From Psychrobacter cryohalolentis K5 (lineage in GTDB: Bacteria; Pseudomonadota; Gammaproteobacteria; Pseudomonadales; Moraxellaceae), in NCBI RefSeq assembly GCF_000013905.1, contig NC_007969.1:2280001-2312000 (forward strand): DNA of 32,000 nt, written 5' to 3'. The notes beneath the pieces are model-generated. The model had not been told where the DNA came from. It saw nothing but the letters and a program-made list of their open reading frames with translations, and ran no database searches. Positions 27,618 through 32,000 of this stretch are shown here, in pieces. Position numbers and translations under genes: made by a program. The first letter of the stretch is position 1; each line of letters opens with the position of its first letter.

Positions 27618-28433
27618 TTATGAGATAGAGGCGAATTGAGCCTTGAGAATGGCTGTCAGTAAAATAATATCATCAGGATAAGTCAGTTTGATGTTTTGAC
27701 GACTGCCTGTTACCAATCGAATTGGCAGTTCTAAATGCTCAAAAGCACTGGCTTCGTCAGTAATGGCCAGATTATGCTTAGTGACATAGTTCAAGACTTG
27801 TTGCAATTGTCCAAGCCTAAATACTTGCGGTGTTTGTGCCTGCCACATATGGCTGCGATCAATAGTTTTTTGAGCATAAGTATGAAGCGTGTCATAACCG
27901 CTTTGACTATTAGCAAGCTCCGGCTGAGTATTCAGTTGCTGAAGAGATAGTGGAGCTTCATATGCTGGCGTTGATAGTGTGTTAGATGCTATGTAAGACT
28001 GTTTTAGGGTATCAGCAACCGGTGTCGCTAAAATAGCACCATAAGGCTCTAGCATCGCTGCTTGAATGACGGCATCAATATCATGAGTTGGCACTGCAGG
28101 ACGAGCTGCATCATGGATCACAACCAAATCCGACTCATCTGCGCCCGCATTAATCATTGCCTCGACTCCTGCCTGCACCGATTGCCAACGTTCAGTACCG
28201 CCAATAGCATAATAGATAGGAAGCGCAAAGCTCAGTGTCTGGGCAGTGCTATCATCTTGAGCCACAACCAATAGACATCGATCAATATAATTACTCTCAG
28301 CCAGACGTGCCACACTATGCTGTAATAAGGTTTGACCTTGCAGTAAGGTATATTGTTTAGCAATAGACGCGCCAAAGCGACTACCGCGTCCAGCAGCAAC
28401 GATCATGGCATGGATATTAGGAGTGGTATTCAT
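27618..28433 (-). CDS. ispD: 2-C-methyl-D-erythritol 4-phosphate cytidylyltransferase
   Basis: Motifs: AMIVAAGRGSRFG...KQY, VVIHDAARP, ATPVADTLK, W.AQTPQVF, ITDEASA.E, G...NIKLTYPDD. The start is ambiguous (ATG 28433 or 28460). It lies in the conserved eno-ftsB-ispD arrangement. Confidence 0.9.
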   Translation of the reverse strand: MNTTPNIHAMIVAAGRGSRFGASIAKQYTLLQGQTLLQHSVARLAESNYIDRCLLVVAQDDSTAQTLSFALPIYYAIGGTERWQSVQAGVEAMINAGADESDLVVIHDAARPAVPTHDIDAVIQAAMLEPYGAILATPVADTLKQSYIASNTLSTPAYEAPLSLQQLNTQPELANSQSGYDTLHTYAQKTIDRSHMWQAQTPQVFRLGQLQQVLNYVTKHNLAITDEASAFEHLELPIRLVTGSRQNIKLTYPDDIILLTAILKAQFASIS

Positions 28434-28576
28434 AATGCAGTACTCATGGGTTGATTCCATGAAAATAGGATAAGAGAAAAATGGGAATTAAGAGGTATAA
28501 AAATGAAAAAAAACTATTATTATCAATAATAGCTCATTGCAACGACTTTAGAATCAATACCGACTGTACGTCAAAA

Positions 28577-28885
28577 TCAATAACGACTATGAGTAGTAGG
28601 CGCGGTTGATACTTGTACAAAAGTCTCATTTGGCTTAATCAAACCCAAATCCAAACGAGCATGCTCCTCTACCGCTTCGAGACCAGTCTTCAGATCATTG
28701 ACATCGGTACGCAGTAAGTTATTTGCTGAGACTTGGTTGTCATTTAAGCGCTGCTGCTCATTCACTTCAGTCAGAAGCTTATTGTGCTCGACGCGACCAT
28801 TTTCACCCAGCCAATACTGATATTGCAGTCCTGACAGCACGGCAACGGCTAACGCAAGTAGTATAAATTGGCTAAAGTATTTCAT
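28577..28885 (-). CDS. ftsB: Cell division protein FtsB (septum formation initiator)
   Basis: 102 aa. An N-terminal TM helix (FILLALAVAVLSGLQYQYW) is followed by a coiled coil (L..EV..Q...N..L...N..L...V.DLK.G.EA.EE.AR..LG.I...E.F). It sits between eno and ispD. Confidence 0.85.
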   Translation of the reverse strand: MKYFSQFILLALAVAVLSGLQYQYWLGENGRVEHNKLLTEVNEQQRLNDNQVSANNLLRTDVNDLKTGLEAVEEHARLDLGLIKPNETFVQVSTAPTTHSRY

Positions 28886-28925
28886 AATATAATAACGCCA
28901 AACAATATAAAGAGAATATAAACTT

Positions 28926-28955
28926 GCTGAGCGATATATTTATATATCGCCCAGC
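28926..28955 (-). terminator. Hairpin downstream of eno (possible terminator/attenuator before ftsB)
   Basis: GCTGAGCGATATAT-TT-ATATATCGCCCAGC forms a 14-bp stem with one mismatch. On the minus strand a U-rich but interrupted tract follows. Confidence 0.4.
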
Positions 28956-28976
28956 GTAAGCGACAATTTTGGCTTA

Positions 28977-30314
<1,338 letters not shown>

Positions 30315-30612
30315 TCATGCCAAGTTTATGAGATAAATAACGGCAACTAGAATACAAAAAAGATAAAGCAGAATATCGTATAGTAATGCGCAAAAAAAGC
30401 TTTAGTGATTAATACAATCGGCTCATTTTAAACGTAATCAAAGATTTATTTCATCCCTTAACCATTAGCTATAGTGCTTGGTATCATAGCATAAATTTTG
30501 CCAAACTTCCCTTATCTTAAAGCAACGGACGGTCATAAAATCGCCAATCAATAGTCAAATGAGCCACTATCAATTTATCTCAGTACCTATGATATCAAAC
30601 GTTATATAACTC

Positions 30613-32000
30613 TTACGCTTTTGTTAGACGATCTGCTTTAGTGTGGGAGTCTGATACGGTATTATTCAGCTCAACCTTTGTCTTAAAACGCGTTAAACGC
30701 AGCGCATTCATCAATACAGAAATTGAGCTAAGCGCCATAGCGGCAGCGGCAATCATAGGATTCAAAAAGCCAAAAGCAGCGAGCGGAATACCAAGGCAAT
30801 TATAAATAAAGGCAAAAAACAGATTTTGTTTGATATTACGCAGCGTGGCATTCGCAATTTTTTGCGCTGCGTCGATATGCATCAGCGACTCACCCATCAA
30901 GCGCGCAGAGGCACTATGTTGGGCGACATCCGTGCCTTCAAACATGGCAAAGCTGGCATCGGCAGTTGCCATCGCTGGTGCATCATTGACCCCATCTCCT
31001 GCCATAGCGACTTTATGACCCGCTGTTTGCAGTAGAGCAATTTGGCTGGCCTTGTCACGTGGACTCATCTTTCCATACGCTTTTTCGATACCAAGCTGTC
31101 CGGCAACGTGATCGACGACAGATTGTTTGTCACCACTCATCAAAATAACATTAATACCCGCATCTTGTAGCGCAGTAATTGCCTGCGGCGTATCTGATTT
31201 TAAGTCATCCGCTAAAGCAAATGCGCCTAGTGCTTCATCGTTAATACTAATCGCAACAGTACTGGCAATTTGCCATACCTTTGGCATCAATTTAGGCAAT
31301 ACAAGATTGGCAAACTCTGCTGTGCCAACCTTTACCACACCTAAGCCTTCAATATTTGCCTGTATACCTGCGCCTTTGATAACGCTGATATCAGACACAT
31401 CGAATAAGGATAAACCACGTGCTGTCGCTGCATTGACCAAAGCAGTTGCAAGCGGATGACTGGCATGTACTTCAATACTTGCGGCAATCTGTAGTACATC
31501 ATCAACCGCTATTGATTTATCAACCATAACTTCATCGACGATGGTCGGTTTGCCAATGGTTAAGGTACCCGTCTTATCGAGCACTACTATATCGATATTG
31601 CCTGCCGCTTCTAGGCTTTGCGCATCTTTAAACCAAACACCGTGACGCGCAGCCACGCCCATACCTGCCATGATTGCGGCTGGTGTCGCCAAACCAAGCG
31701 CACATGGACAAGCAATGACCAATACAGATACTGCGTGCATCAAAGCCGTATCGAGCATACCGGTTAGCCACCACGTCACACCAAAGGCAACCAGTGCAAT
31801 TACTACCACAACGGGCACAAAGACCGCAGTGACTCTATCAGCAAGGCGTGCCAAATTGGCTTTTGAGCCTTGGGCATCGCTGAGGGCTTGTACCATATCA
31901 CCAAGTTTAGTATCGCTACCCTTGGCATTGACGCGGTATAACAAGCTACCGTTTTCGACCAAGGCACCCGCTAATAATCCATCGCCTACTTCTTTCTTAA
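30613..32000 (-). CDS. Heavy-metal (Cu+/Ag+-type) P1B-type ATPase, C-terminal ~460 aa; gene continues beyond the window end
   Basis: Motifs: CPC in TM6 (VIACPCALGLATP), phosphorylation site DKTGTLT, the hinge GDGVNDAPA, and HP (SHPLA). The reading frame stays open upstream of the ORF-track start at 31962 (...KKEVGDGLLAGALVENGS), so the true start is outside the window. Confidence 0.92.
   Translation of the reverse strand, partial: KKEVGDGLLAGALVENGSLLYRVNAKGSDTKLGDMVQALSDAQGSKANLARLADRVTAVFVPVVVVIALVAFGVTWWLTGMLDTALMHAVSVLVIACPCALGLATPAAIMAGMGVAARHGVWFKDAQSLEAAGNIDIVVLDKTGTLTIGKPTIVDEVMVDKSIAVDDVLQIAASIEVHASHPLATALVNAATARGLSLFDVSDISVIKGAGIQANIEGLGVVKVGTAEFANLVLPKLMPKVWQIASTVAISINDEALGAFALADDLKSDTPQAITALQDAGINVILMSGDKQSVVDHVAGQLGIEKAYGKMSPRDKASQIALLQTAGHKVAMAGDGVNDAPAMATADASFAMFEGTDVAQHSASARLMGESLMHIDAAQKIANATLRNIKQNLFFAFIYNCLGIPLAAFGFLNPMIAAAAMALSSISVLMNALRLTRFKTKVELNNTVSDSHTKADRLTKA

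Noticed and set aside
27453-27623. 56-aa ORF (MNIISCLKFNTSYKACAISLTEIDTMNIRHFYDRIKKLYKIYKVKKYRNQSVIRIL) in the AT-rich spacer, ending next to the ispD stop
   Set aside because: It has no SD. Its composition is what A/T-rich DNA yields (Lys/Ile/Asn/Tyr), it is below the ORF-track threshold and it converges head-on into the ispD 3' end. I treat it as non-coding unless conservation shows otherwise.
31962-32000. ORF-track start (M at 31962) for the P-type ATPase
   Set aside because: That codon is TTG inside a continuing open frame. The upstream residues ...KKEVGDGLLAGAL are the conserved actuator-domain block of P1B ATPases. The gene is therefore truncated by the window edge rather than starting here.

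Overview
The window reads as AT-rich gammaproteobacterial chromosome. Codon usage and protein sequences look Moraxellaceae/Psychrobacter-like, but that is an inference with no search behind it. It is mostly core housekeeping genes: tkt, serS, dps, hda, purMN, aceA, argG, pyrC, rnt, tRNA-Glu, ispD-ftsB-eno and the 3' part of a Cu-type P1B ATPase. Between them are a few accessory or poorly characterised genes. These are a NERD/Zn-finger protein, YceI, YcxB-like and DUF2057-like proteins, a CYTH-CHAD protein, a signal-less YkuD protein, a 425-aa orphan and a membrane-anchored BLUF photoreceptor candidate. I found no CRISPR array, IS element, integrase, toxin-antitoxin pair or recognisable multi-gene defence locus, so I cannot support a claim of a new multi-gene system here. 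Four items seem most worth a second look. (1) An imperfect ~165-bp palindromic element at 20506-20670. Its left arm recurs at 1360-1392, and its 11-mer core TATAGTCGATT recurs inverted upstream of argG. (2) A BLUF protein with a C-terminal transmembrane helix and Leu at the conserved signalling Met position, followed by a 482-bp extremely AT-rich upstream region. (3) A near-consensus tRNA-Glu promoter overlapping a small basic-tail ORF, with a split duplicate of the tRNA leader downstream. (4) A 693-bp non-coding gap between a LysR regulator and aceA. All functional calls come from motif recognition by eye, and no database search was possible.
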